Source: Eledone cirrhosa (Eukaryota). Taken from it: a stretch of 64,000 nt of DNA. This document shows, piece after piece, positions 40,741 to 53,669 of the stretch (position 1 is the stretch's first letter; each line of letters begins with the position of its first letter). The stretch is from contig OZ024740.1 of the NCBI GenBank assembly GCA_964016885.1, positions 131,316,001 to 131,380,000 on the forward strand, in the 5' to 3' direction. The translations under genes were made by a program, and so were the position numbers. The notes under the pieces are model-generated. The model was not told where the DNA came from and searched no databases. It was given only the letters and a program-made list of their open reading frames with translations.

Positions 40741-43700
40741 TGGTATTATCACATGGTTATAATACAAGTGTGAAATGATAACAGCTTGATATACTCTTGT
40801 ATGTATATTATCATTAAACTTTATAATTTATGCTTGATTATACCGTTCTATGTTGAAACATTGTGTTAGAGCTAAGGCTAATTTATCATACATATGACCA
40901 TATCCACAATGTATTATTTACATTATATACATACAAAGCTGTGATATGTTTACTTCATTACTAAATGGGTGAACTTTACTAATGATAGATTAACATCCTG
41001 AAATGATATTTATATTGAATGCCGTACAATCGTTGATTCCATCGTTTCATCCCCTGTTTACTCTTTCCGCAATGCTCCGGACAAGAACCATCAGTATAGC
41101 CATCAGGTTCAGTGAAGCTGTGGCCAGCGTGTCTCTGAGTAAATACTGATGCTTTAACATTAGTATGAATGCTTCGTATTCATCGTTTGACCTTATAAAT
41201 TTTTGTTCGGGACATGTAAATAAGCAAATTTGACTATCGAACACTTAATTTTTATCTTTGATTCGACTAGGACAAAAAACATAGAAATCACAGAATGACA
41301 AGATATGATTGGTTAACAAACCAACTAACCATATAATTGTCAATTGTTTATTAATATATAACTATATTAAAATATAGATTTAATCATATCATTTCCGATA
41401 AATGCAATTTTATAGAATGTCCTTTAACGTATATGTAAATAGTTTAGTAATGGTTTTATGCGAACTAATGCATTCATGTAAAATAATCCATTATTTACCA
41501 GAAAAGAAGAAAACAATTAGTCATATTTGTTTTAAACTAAGAGTGGAAATACGTCACATCTCTCTATATGTTCATAACTTTCAGACGTGTCTGTATCAGT
41601 AGATGTAGTTACGAATGCATGTATAACAGTTGTAAGTATATATTTATGTATAGATATGTGGCTTATAAATGTTCTCTTTTCAAAATAGTTCTATATGTGT
41701 AAAAGCATATATATGTATACATATATCCACAATTGTCTCTCTCTATGTATATATTTTTGCGTACCCCCGTTCGCGTGAGTGGTGTCTATGATTATATATA
41801 TATATATATACATATATATATACATATGAATATGAATATGAGCGTGCCTGTCTGTGTACGTGTGTAATTATTTACTTGTATATGTGCATGCGTGCATGTG
41901 TGCATGTATTTGTGAGTATGTAAGACTCTATATGTGCACATAATAGTAGGACTTACGCCAAAACATATAACCGCTTGCACTAAGAAGTATTGGAGTGGTT
42001 CCATTCAAACAGAATAAGATTTGAATGGTTGACTAGATATTTTGGCAACTATTCTAAGCTCTGAATGATTTTCGTTAAGGGACTTTGTAAGGCCGAACGC
42101 AAAGACAAATATAGAAACAGAGGTAACTGATCTATAATTTGTATGATGCCTGTCATGTTTGCCTTGTCTATATTACAAATGGGAAGTCGTAATATACAAT
42201 CATCGAACAATTAAGTATGCGTTTTTTAAAGCTTTGTTATTGCTATGTTGGCATATTTATTTCTTGTTGATTTAATATATTTATGTTTCTTTATAATTTT
42301 TATTGTATTTGACAATGTTTCTTATGACCTTTCATGTTAGTAGAACAATCGTATATTTTCTTTATGTTTATCATACGTTCCTTGGGGCCTATTAAGTTTT
42401 TACATTGTTTTGTCTTATATTTGTCACTGCGTTGTGAGTTCAAATTCTGCCGAGTTTAACCTTGCAAACTATCCTTAAGGCACATAGTTAAATTTAATTA
42501 ACTTTTTCCTCATTTTCAAATGGTTGGCTTTGTAACTGTCGATAGATTCATTCTTATTTTTGATGAACACATTCACTATTGGCATGTTTGTGTTCCTTGT
42601 AACTTTACCTTTTTATTCTCACATGTTTATGCAACGTTTATTGTTGAATGTTCTGCCCCAACCTGTTAATACAATCCGTATATAGTCTGCACGATGGATT
42701 ACCACGTATTTATAAATTTAAACAGGTTCCATCCACAAATAATTTTGTAATTTAAGCAACACAACGTTCTACACACACACAGAATATTACAAAAATATAT
42801 GGCCCATGCAAACCATGTCTCGTGAGTTCAGAAAATGTCCAAAGAATAGCAAAAACAATGTCGCCCCCTACACCCCCACTACCACTCTCATCACTACACA
42901 AACAATCAGCAAGTTTGCCACAACCGACATCAGCAATAACAACAACAACAATAGTATCAATTAGAGCATCAGCATCATGAGAAACAGGAACAGCATTAGC
43001 AATTGCAGTAACTGCAACAAGAATATTGACTACGAAAAGTTAACGGATAAGAACCTAGTTTTTAAACAAACTAAGATTGCCCCCAACAGCACAATGGATG
43101 TTCTCTCCCATACAGTCGCCTTTTTTTGGAAGACGTCAAATATTCCGAAAAATATTTTTAAAAAAGTGAAACTAAGGGAGACCGAGATAAGTGTGAAAAC
43201 AAAGAGCCAGAGAGTAAGTCTTACACCGCCGCTCCAAGTAACGGAAATTGGGCATCATTTTACGGTAAAATCAGATCGAGTGGAGCAAACCACTGCGTGA
43301 CGATTTCTAAATGAGTTGGGGTCCTGTAGAGATGCAAAACACATATCGCAAGACGCAAAACACCTGGGATGGTTTTCGTATTAATTGTAGATCCAAATAA
43401 GGCCACATAATACACCTCAGCACCACTGAGGTGCTACCTACAACAGGCATACTTTGGTAACTGATATCTGTCCCGCGGAACTCAAGGTGATTTTAAAATA
43501 TTTATAGTTACAAAAAAAGTAAACATATCTCCTCTAAACCGACGAAGAGAACAGTTGCTCTCACTGGCTTATTAGACGCTGGGGACTGCAACGGAATTCT
43601 CGTGACTGTAGAAAACTGAATGTCAGGTTGCCTCATGTTTGGTGCAGAAATACGCATGAAGGCTTTTTGAGGACTACAATCCACGAAGTGCATGAGTCTC

Positions 43701-43974
43701 TGTCTCGTCTCTACACCAAAACCCATAAAACAAACGTACTGTTAATCACAGCGTTATTTGAACACAGAATGAAATTATCGTAAATAAATACGCTCTATTA
43801 ATATTAGCAATCCAGCGTACTTGAATAATTGATCAATAGCTACTGATTTTCTTACCAGACTTAGAACCGAAAATATCATTCGATATGTTTTTTTTTCTCA
43901 TGAATTACTATACAATCGGTAGGTATATGGAAGGTATATATTAAGTTAACGCTTGATATAGCAGGAAGGGGGTC

Positions 43975-44004
43975 AACGTTTCGGACGCTAGTCCTTCATA
44001 AGTA
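43975..44004 (-). ncRNA. Hammerhead-like remnant
   Basis: CUUAUGA-A-GGAC UAGC GUCC-GAAA-CG-UU; G5 mutated and stem I not supported. Confidence 0.35.
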
Positions 44005-44804
44005 GAAAGAATGAGAAATAAAATAGATTGAGGTGACGGGTCAGTTGGAATTGGAAAACAATGTATTTAGATAAAAAAAAAGGTCCATTCATGTTGATAT
44101 CGCTTGCAACACTGTTGGTGCTGGGGTTTTGTGTATGATTTGTTTTTCAGAAAAGTGGATGATGGCAGGCGTCTACCTGAAATGGGAAAGTAAACCGTTT
44201 TGTAAAAGGAGCTGTACTTGAGCACGTGCATAAGCATGAGTTTGTGTGTATGTGTGTGTGTGTGTATGTGTTATTATAGGTCTGTACGAAGCTAAGAAGA
44301 AATGAGTGTGTATATGTGAGTAAAAGAGTGTGGGTGCATGTATATACATACGTTTTGCGTTTTATACATTTGTCTCTATAGGACATACGCTGAGTTGACG
44401 TGCCCACCCCTTCATTAGCATACTTTCATACGATACATTTATATTATACTAGATCACCCGTGACCCGTTGGGTCATTTTCACTTAAAAAATATTTTTTTA
44501 AAAATTGTGTTCACTTAAAAATAATGTTTAAATAATAAAAATATACACAGACATGTATATAATGTGAAATGAAACTGGAAGGCCTATATATATACGTGAG
44601 TGTATGTATATATATACATGTGTGTGTGTGTAAACATATACATATATATGTATGTGTGTGTATATATATATATATGTGGATGTCTGTGATCTACATGCAC
44701 TGGTCATAAACACACACATATATATATATATAAAGAAAAAGAGATGAAATCGAAAATGCAACTGGAGTCTTATTTTTTTTTTAAATATATATATTTATTT
44801 GGTT

Positions 44805-44842
44805 CCTTTACCGGTTTCGCAGTTCTTCTGCTTTTCAAAAGG
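44805..44842 (-). ncRNA. Minimal hammerhead ribozyme (U3-A8), apparently intact
   Basis: Identical to 20183-20220. Confidence 0.8.
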
Positions 44843-44921
44843 TGAGTTGAGATGGAGGGTCTGTGGTTTTTCTCACATCTGTGAGATGTGAGAAAAACCT
44901 CAGACCCTCCATCTCAACTCA

Positions 44922-44959
44922 CCTTTTGAAAAGCAGAAGAACTGCGAAACCGGTAAAGG
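44922..44959 (+). ncRNA. Minimal hammerhead ribozyme (U3-A8), apparently intact; predicted cleavage after GUA at 44955
   Basis: CCUU-UUGAAAA-GCAGAAGAACUGC-GAAA-CCGG-UA-AAGG. Confidence 0.8.
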
Positions 44960-45437
44960 AACCAAATAAATATATATATTTTAAAAAAAAATAAGACTCC
45001 AGTTGCATTTTCGATTTCATCTCTTTTTCTTTATACTTTCACTCGTGTAGGACACCTCGGTTATTTTTCATTTTGTAAAAAAAATCACTTTCTAATATAT
45101 ATATATATACACACACAACAGCACCACCAGCTCTCTTCCATTTTCATTCTCTGTCTCCTCTCCCTCTTTCTCTCTCTCTTTCAATCTACTCTCTCACAAC
45201 CGCTATCTCTTTCTCTCTATCTTTTTCTCTCTTTGTTTACTTTATTTATGAAGGCACCAGGAAAAACCCCATATTCGGGAACCTGCGGTCCGATTTACGC
45301 GAAATTTGTTCTGTTCCATTTGTATTCCCATTTCAGGGTCAAATTCCATTCAAAGTATTTTCCCGTTATGCTCCCTTTTGGCTGTATTACATTACAGATA
45401 AGCAAGCAAGCAATCAATCACAGACTTTTAGTATTAT

Positions 45438-45835
45438 AAAAAATGTATACACCATTCTAATTTATATATTGCCTGTACAGGTAATCAAAGTGGGTATACA
45501 TTTTTCGGGGACACCATATATATATATATATATATATACCGGGGTCCCTAAAAATGTATACACCATTCTAATATATATTTTGCCTGTACAGATAAACAAA
45601 GTGTGTATACATTTTTCGGGGACACCATATATACATATATATATAAACCGGGGTCCCTAAAAATGTATACATCATTCTAATATATATATTGCCTGTACAG
45701 GTAATCAGAGTGTGTATACATTTTTCGGGGACACCATATATATATACCGTGTGCCTAAAAATGTATACACCATCCTAACAAATAATGCATGTATAGGCAA
45801 TCAAAGTGGGTATACATTTTTGGGGGGACAACCTG
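45438..45835. repeat. Four tandem ~88-bp Tc1/mariner-type MITE-like units separated by (TA)n
   Basis: Units 45438-45516 (partial), 45539-45626, 45648-45735, 45747-45835; imperfect TIRs CCGGGGTCCCTAAAAATGTATACAC / GTGTATACATTTTTCGGGGACACC, TA-flanked. Confidence 0.7.
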
Positions 45836-45935
45836 TATATACACAAATATGAACATATATATAGAGAGAAAGTGTGTGCAAGCAAGTAAGCAAGCAACCA
45901 ACCAATGAAGATCAGAGTTTTAGCAGTATATAGAT

Positions 45936-46132
45936 GTATCGGTAGAGAGACGGACTAAATGCTTAGCAGGATAGTGTCACGGCCCTTTATGATCTAATTT
46001 AAAATCCCGCCGAGGTTAACTTTCCCTTTCATCCTTGCGTAGTCGATAAAGTTAAGCACCAGGAATGCACTGGGGTCTTTTTAATCGCCCCCCCCCCCTT
46101 CAAATTACTTGCTTTGCGCCTATATCAGAAAC
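45936..46132 (+). mobile_element. tRNA-derived SINE (slightly 5'-truncated); smaller fragments at ~42430-42480 and ~56090-56140
   Basis: GTATCGGTAGAGAG...AAATCCCGCCGAGGTTAACTTT..TTTCATCC..GTCGATAAA. Confidence 0.75.
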
Positions 46133-46375
46133 ATAATATTCTGCTTCGTAGAATCAAGACATATCTGGGGACCTTGCGATTTTCAGAGTCAGCTTCGATC
46201 AATCACATCGATCGTGCCTCAAGCTGGTCGCCAGAGAAACGATTGTAATATGGCGAATAAATTCCATTCGTCGCAAGACTGATTCTGTAATTTTTCGTGA
46301 TAGCATACTCTGCTGTATGAATGCATCGAGTGCTCAAACGGCCTACGCATACCGACGCTTTATGCATCCAACACC

Positions 46376-46431
<56 letters not shown>

Positions 46432-46459
46432 TATATATAAATATAAGTATGTATACGTA

Positions 46460-47090
46460 CATACACATATGTATACAGACGTACAGTAGTATGTATACAC
46501 ATATATATACGTACATGCACATACATATATATATATGTACGTATGGATTTGTTTGTAAATAAACATCCCAAGTTAAGCCGTACAGTGTTTAGCAACCATC
46601 GTTGCTCATTTGTTCAACACTGACAGAGGAACGATGTATTAGTTATAAGCTTATTAGCTATCGTCACCACCGTATACCTTCCTGCAAGATGATTGAACGG
46701 CTGAAAGTATATACTTTCCTTATGCATATTAACGGCGGAGCAGCCTAATTTGCATATCGAGTGAGTTAATCGGCCGGGCGCACCGAAAACGATAAATGGA
46801 AAAAATTAAACCAAATTTCATTTGTCACTCTTAGTACGGATGTTACTTAAATATAAGTATGTATACGTTCAATCATCTGGCAGGAAGGTATAGGTCCTGA
46901 CGATAGCTAATAAACTTGAAACTACTACATCGTTCCTTTGTCAGTGTTGAACAAAAGGGCAACGATGGTTGCTAAACACTGTACGGCTTAATTCGGGATG
47001 TTTGTTTACAAACAAACCCATACGTACATATATATATATATATATACGTGCATGTATGTATATATACATACTACTGTACGTCTGTATACA

Positions 47091-47100
<10 letters not shown>
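46460..47100. mobile_element. Fold-back element (~235-bp arms, ~165-bp spacer) in (TA)n with degenerate HHRs at 46632-46672 (-) and 46892-46932 (+)
   Basis: Arms 46460-46699 / 46866-47100; two-arm consensus CGGUG-CUGACGA-UAGC UAAUAA GCUU-GAAA-CUAn-UA-CAUCG. Confidence 0.7.
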
Positions 47101-47173
<73 letters not shown>

Positions 47174-47729
47174 CCGCTTCAAATGATTAATTGAAAGCAC
47201 AATTATATAACGACATAGAAATCTGTCAGTTTCAAGTTAATTGCAAAATATTATGTGTTAGATTTACAAAAATTATGTAAAAGATGGTTCACATACAATT
47301 ATTATAAAGAACACAGCTATTAACTGTAGCTGCACCTTTTTATATTATATTTACATACATTATTGCATATTATCATTTTATTACATCTATATTGTAATAA
47401 AATAAAAATAAAAATATCATTAAAGAAAGGATTCAAATATTGCTTGATTTTATGTGGCTATTTCGATTTTTTATGGCATTAGTGTAAGAGAGTTCTTATA
47501 TGTGTATATATTCATAGATAATTAAGAGTTTCTGTCTCATATTTACAAATGTTGTAGCGGTATTAATAATTCTCGTAGTTTTATGTGAGCGTTTGAATGA
47601 GGATAAAAAATATAAATTATATATATTAGAGATGCAAAATATAGTTTATAGTCTGCCTCATTACAATATTATTCATACATGTATAAATTGTCTGAAAATA
47701 TGAATAAACACACACACAAACACACTCAT

Positions 47730-47764
<35 letters not shown>

Positions 47765-48035
47765 CAAACGTTCTATTTAAAATTGTTGGGATACAACAAG
47801 TAATTTTTTTTTATAACTGATATAAAGCACTCGACAATTCTTTTTTCTTTTTTTCTTTCTCTCCGTCTTTTTCTAATTGTGCTTAACACTATGACTTATT
47901 AAAATAATATAAACAAATCACTATCCAGACAGCCTCCAAATGATGAAGGCATACCATAATTTAATGTGGTATCCCTGAAATATGTATAATGAAATAAATA
48001 TGGTTTTATAAATATAGTTTCCATTTATTAATATC

Positions 48036-48074
<39 letters not shown>

Positions 48075-48088
48075 TAGATAATATAAAA

Positions 48089-48146
<58 letters not shown>

Positions 48147-48549
48147 GTGTGTGTGTATATATATATATATGGGTGTGTGTGTGTGTGTGTGTGTATGCGT
48201 ATGTATGTGTGTGTGTATGCATATGCACCTCTTCTTCATTTCAAGAGACATTGCTCACAATTATGTTGTGTTGTTCAAAATAATCTGAAATATTTTATCT
48301 TAAATGAGGGTCCAAGCACAAATAATGTTATACGGTGAAACGGGAAGATATGAAAATATCACCCTGAAAATATGGTGTATAATAATCAAACTATTATAAG
48401 CAGGTTAATTAAAAAAAGGAACTATTGTAAGATGTAAAATATATAGTAAACAATGAGGGCTTTTTTAAAAAATGACATAGCAAGCACTTATTGCATGGTG
48501 CAGAATACGTATTACATCCATACAAATGTTCCCATTTACATCCATTAAT

Positions 48550-48584
<35 letters not shown>

Positions 48585-48606
48585 GTGTGTGTGTGAGAGT
48601 GAGAGA

Positions 48607-48639
<33 letters not shown>

Positions 48640-48926
48640 AGAGACAGAGTGTGTGTGTGTGTGTGTGTGGAATGTAGAGAAGTGCCACACTAGTTAATAT
48701 GTATAAAGAATAAAAGAAAACGGTAGAAAATGCAAGAGGGATTTTCTGTCACAATAACATCAAAACATTTCTTTACAATATAGGAATTTCCGCTTTTAAT
48801 TGTACAGGTTTCAGCTTATATGCGTTTTCAAAGATGGAAGTGTATAATGCAATTAAATTGCATGTTGATAATAAGATGAAGGAGAATATGTGGAAAAAAT
48901 GTGTTTTTACATACATATTTACATAC

Positions 48927-48980
<54 letters not shown>

Positions 48981-48983
<3 letters not shown>

Positions 48984-49485
48984 CACATTCTGAGAAATGG
49001 TATGAGCATAGGCCAGAGGCGGTGATGGAGAACAATCAGGTGAAGGTGCTGTGGGATTTTAGGATACAAACGGACAAAAAACTGGAACACAATAGACCTG
49101 ACCTGGTGGTTGTGGACAAAGAAAAAAGATCGTGTCTGATTGTGGATGTGGCCTGCCCGTTCGACACGAGAGATCAAGAGAAGGAGAGGGAGAAAATTAA
49201 CCGATACCAGGACCTAAAGTGGGAGGTGAAAAGGATTTGGAACTGCCATGAAGTCAAAGTGATCCCGATTGTCATAGGTGCACTGGGGACTATCTCCAAA
49301 AGTTTCCAGGGATGGTTAAAGAAAATCGGCCCCTTCACGCTTTTTGGAACGCTTCAAAAGGCATGCTTGCTTGGAACAGCAAGAACCCTCCGATACGTCC
49401 TGAATATCTGAGGCTGCAGGTAGTGGCTTGATATTCAATCCAACGGACTTTCCAGTTAAACAACATCAATGACTGAGATTCAAGG
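48981..49485 (+). mobile_element. R4/Dong-like LINE 3' fragment A in (AAT)n
   Basis: REL domain LWDF..HNRPDLVV..LIVDVACP..EKINRYQDL..IPIVIGALG..LQKACLLGT; (AAT)n on both sides. Confidence 0.9.
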
Positions 49486-49521
49486 AATAACAACAATAAT
49501 AATAATAATAATAATAATAAT

Positions 49522-52500
49522 GTTTTCTTTATTAACCACAAGGGTTTACATAAAGTAGACATTAAGGACAGTACAGGACAATACAGGACGGTACAAATGG
49601 GCATTTATGCGTGTAAAAAACAGAGGATGTAATAAAATAACAAAGACAAATTCCCCAATGGGGGGAGACTTCCGAGGGACATTTGTGGAGAAAGCCCATT
49701 AAAAGACCACAGTGACCCTGACCACCAGGGCAAGTGCCCTCTCCCAGTTTTCCACCTTTAATTTACAGACACATACTCAGAGAAGGTCCATTCATCAGGG
49801 CCATGCTTGCTTCTCTCACCCATCTTTCAACAAAATCCTGGGAAGAGAGCACTTCCCTCTCTACCCTGATTTTCCTTTTCAAAACGAATTTGAAAACGTT
49901 AATCAGGGTATCACCGAAGAGGTAAGTGCTCGTCTTCAGTCCTTTCAAACGTGTCCACTATACTATCTCTTTAGCCATGGCCAACAGACAGATAAAAACT
50001 GCCTGCCCTTCCCGGCTAAAGGAAGAGGGCGGGGCAATCCTCACGATGGACTCAGCTGATAGCTGGATCCGTCCTACACGAGACAGCAGGTGTTCGACAT
50101 AAACCCACAAGTCAGCAATGCTCGGACACTGGACGAGTGCGTGCAGGACGGTTTCGTCGCTTTGTGCGCATCTCGGACAAGCCCGGCTGACGGCACCTCC
50201 ATGCCTGTAGAGTTTATCCCGAACTGGCAAAGCACCCCGGTAGCACTGCCAGGCCAGGGATTTCTGGAAGTTGTCCATAGGCCCCGGCCCGAAAGTCCTT
50301 CCGAAGAGATTGGCTAGTTGATTTTCGTCGACGCCTAGAATTTCTCCAAGTACGTCGTCGCTCTTACCCTCCACTAATCCCCTATAGAACGCCAAGGTGG
50401 AGTTTCCACCGATCACATTGCCCGATTGGTCGAGGGCTGTGAGCGCCTGAAGACATTCCAGTCTCCAAGCGCTCCCTCTCGGTCTTCGCTTGACCCAGGA
50501 CTGCAGCTCCGTCAAGGAGACGAGCTGGGGAAAAACGTGTCTAGCAAACGGCGACCACACCTGATCACCGTCGAGGAAGAGGTGGAGATTTCGTAGCCTG
50601 AGCGTGTGTCTGCGAATCATCAGTGACAGCATGCCCAGCCCACCACGTAGCGGGCGTTGACACCAGATGGACCGCCGGACTATCGGATCACGTCCCTCCA
50701 CAAGAAGCGAAAGAGCAAACGCTCCAGCGCAGTCAGGCGTGGCTTAGGACAAGGTACGACGGTCAGGCGGGAGTAGATGACGGACGCGATCTACGCGTTA
50801 GCCACCTCCGCTCAACCTTTCAGGGATAGCTTCCTCTCGGCCCATTTCTGGGTGAGAGAAGCCACCCTGCTCGTCACCTCGACTCAGTTTTTGTCCGTCT
50901 GTAGGTCTGGACCGAACCAGACCCCTAGCAATTTAACCGGTCCGTCTGTCCATCGCCCGACGACGCTGTTGGACGGCATCGACCTGCCTCTCCAGGTGCC
51001 GAGCTACAGGCCCACTGACTTTTCCTGGTAGATCATTGCTCCTGTCACGGTTTCGTATTCTCTTAGTGTAGTGCCGATCGCCTCGATGTGTTTGGCGTCC
51101 GACACCACTACGTTGACATCGTCCGCATATGCTGACAAGGATCTTCCGCATCCTAGTTCGCGGGGGACCCCCCTCAACGTCTCCGGTTTGTGCAGGAATG
51201 GCTCGAGAGTCAATACGTACAATAGGGACGAGAGGGGACATCCTTGGTGGACCGAGCGCATGATGTTGAACGGTTCCGAAAGGTGACCGTTCACTCTCAC
51301 CACAGAGCAGATGTCGCTGAAAGCGTCACACATTTTCCCGGGATCGAGTAGCATGCCCCCGTCGTGGTCCACCAAAAGCGGATCGTGGCTTTATTGCCAC
51401 GACGCTTCTCCGCCACTCAGGCCCATTGAACGGCTTTCGTCCCCTCGTGTCTGAGAGCACGCACCCTAGCTCTGACAACGCAGCCTCCGTGCTTTACATT
51501 GAATAATTGGTCAAGAGCCAATTCGCCGCAAGTACGTCGGTCGCGATGCCTTTGCTAAGCGCCTCGTCTAATTTTCTAACTAAATCTCCCTCTGCTCTAT
51601 TTTTCTCTATTGCTAAAGCCTTACTAAACCTAATGGACTCTATTCTAATTGCTCTTTTCAGAGCAAACCACCACTTGTTGTTGACGATGGCCCCGTCAAC
51701 GCTCGCTTAACTAGTTCGCTAATCCGGTCTCTGTGGGGCTTGCGCTCTGGTAAGGACGCGTTTATCTTCCAGTAGCCGGGTCCTCGTCTATGAAGCCTAT
51801 CTAAGTCAAACACACAAATCACGAATTTGTGCTCGGTGTAGCTGAATATCTTGAATTGTGGACATCCTATGCTAGACGTATCTATTTCCCTACAAAATAC
51901 TCTATCTAGATATGATCTGGATGACCCTATGCGATTTGTCCAAGTCCACATTGGTACATTCGGGAAATCCATTCGGTACCTGTCAGACAGTTCAAAACGC
52001 CTGAGCAGGTTGGTGAGACTCTTGCACCCTCCTTCCCTATCCACTAATCCCACACAATCCCAGCGTGCATCTAAGATCCCGTTCCAGTCGGCCACTAACA
52101 CTAAAGAGCGGGACGTTCCAAGAAAGGTCTCCAGACCCCAGGATAAATCAGGCCGCACTGCTCCTGTCGGGGCATAGACGGCCACTAACCTGAAAGCTTG
52201 CCCTTCTCCGCTGGTCACGTCCAGCACAACCAACTTACCTTCTGGGTCCAGAAAGATGGCCCGTATGGCAAGATCCAAACCTCTCCGAAAAAGCACAGCA
52301 ACTCCTCCCCCCCGATCCAGGACGGCTGGGAGATGCGTACACATCGTAGCCGCCGAAGATCGGTGCGAAGGCCCGTGCTTCGGAGATTCTGGTCTCGCTG
52401 ATGGCCACTACATCTATGTTTAGTGACCTGAGGTCGTTGAGCAGGTGGCCCTGCTTCCATGACGACCCCAAGCCACGCGCATTTATGCTGCCTATTCTGA

Positions 52501-53110
52501 GTGAGGTCATGTTGAAAAGGAGTGGAAAAGATAGGAAAGACCACTTACCTTACTTCTCTTAGGGGAAGGACGGTTTTTCCATCCTTTTCACTGCTTGTGG
52601 CCTCCTCAGGAAGGATGTCCTTATAAATCCTCCTGGAGAGTGTTCGTCGGAAGTCTCCGAAGTCTTTGGGGAATTTTTGTTTTAGTTCATGTACGTTTTC
52701 TGTGTGATGCGAGTGATTTGTACGTGTGGAGGTGGTGTGAATTTTTGGGTTGTTGTGTAGTCTTTTTCTGTGATGCTGGTGTTGTGTTGGATGTAGTGTA
52801 ATAATTGCTTGTTGTTCAAATTTAATGCTGTGTAGTGTGTATAGTTTTGGTTATTTTGTTTTGTTTGCGTTTGTTGTGGGTTTGTTTCTGTTTCGCATTT
52901 TGGTGACTTTTGTGCTGTAGGTGATGATGGTGTTAGGGTTAATGATGGTGATGGTGTTGGTGTTTGGGTTGATGGGGTTGGTGATGCTTGTGTGGATGGT
53001 GGCATATCTGTCCTAACTTCTTTGTTTCTTAATTTATTTGTTTCCTTCTGTATTTTGTTTTTGAAGTGGGAAGGAAGAGAATTTTTTCTTTTTTGGTTTC
53101 TTTTTTTTTC
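49522..53110 (-). mobile_element. Tx1/L1-clade LINE copy 1 (ORF1 remnant, APE, internally deleted RT, Cys-rich domain)
   Basis: MTSLRIGSINARGL..ISET..GGVAVL..DWNGIL..SYLDR (APE); QGCPLS, AYADDV (RT); CPRC..DETVLHALVQC; AATAAA then (ATT)n; frameshifts. Confidence 0.9.
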
Positions 53111-53111
53111 C

Positions 53112-53585
53112 GCCAGAGGCGGTGATGGAGAACAATAAGGTGAAGGTGCTGTGGGATTTTAGGATACAGACGGACAAAAAACTGGAACACAATAGACCTG
53201 ACCTGGTGGTTGTGGACAAAGAAAAAAGATCGTGTCTGATTGTGGATGTGGCCTGCCCGTTCGACACGAGAGTGCAAGAGAAGGAGAGGGAGAAAATTAA
53301 CCGATACCAGGACCTAAAGTGGGAGTTGAAAAGGATTTGGAACTGCCATGAAGTCAAAGTGATCCCGATTGTCATAGGCGCACTGGGGACTATCTCCAAA
53401 GGTTTCCAGGGATGGTTAAAGAAAATCGGCCCCTTCACGCTTTTTGGAACGCTTCAAAAGGCATGCTTGCTTGGAACAGCAAGAACCCTCCGATACGTCC
53501 TGAATATCTGAGGCTGCAGGTAGTGGCTTGATATTCAATCCAACGAACTTTCCAGTTAACCAACATCAATGACTGAGATTCAAGG
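53112..53585 (+). mobile_element. R4/Dong-like LINE 3' fragment B
   Basis: ~98% identical to fragment A by eye (~9 differences); (AAT)n tail 53586-53669. Confidence 0.9.
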
Positions 53586-53594
53586 AATAACAAC

Positions 53595-53669
<75 letters not shown>

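Larger units (their letters stand above)
44729..45095. mobile_element. Near-perfect palindromic mini-PLE (152-bp arms, 3-nt loop 44881-44883) plus 60-bp unique tail
   Basis: Arms 44729-44880 and 44884-45035 differ at ~2 positions; sequence nearly identical to the PLE tail at 20043-20258; inserted in (TA)n. Confidence 0.9.
44449..45934 (-). mobile_element. Non-autonomous Helitron hosting nested insertions
   Basis: Minus strand A|TCTATATACTGC 5' end; 3' GACCCAACGGGTC hairpin followed by CTAG|T. Confidence 0.65.

Noticed and set aside
42977-43730. Coding region or transposase fragment
   Set aside because: Short ORFs without identifiable motifs.
45438-45835. CRISPR-like array of palindromic repeats
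   Set aside because: Eukaryotic context, spacers are (TA)n or near-identical, and no cas genes.
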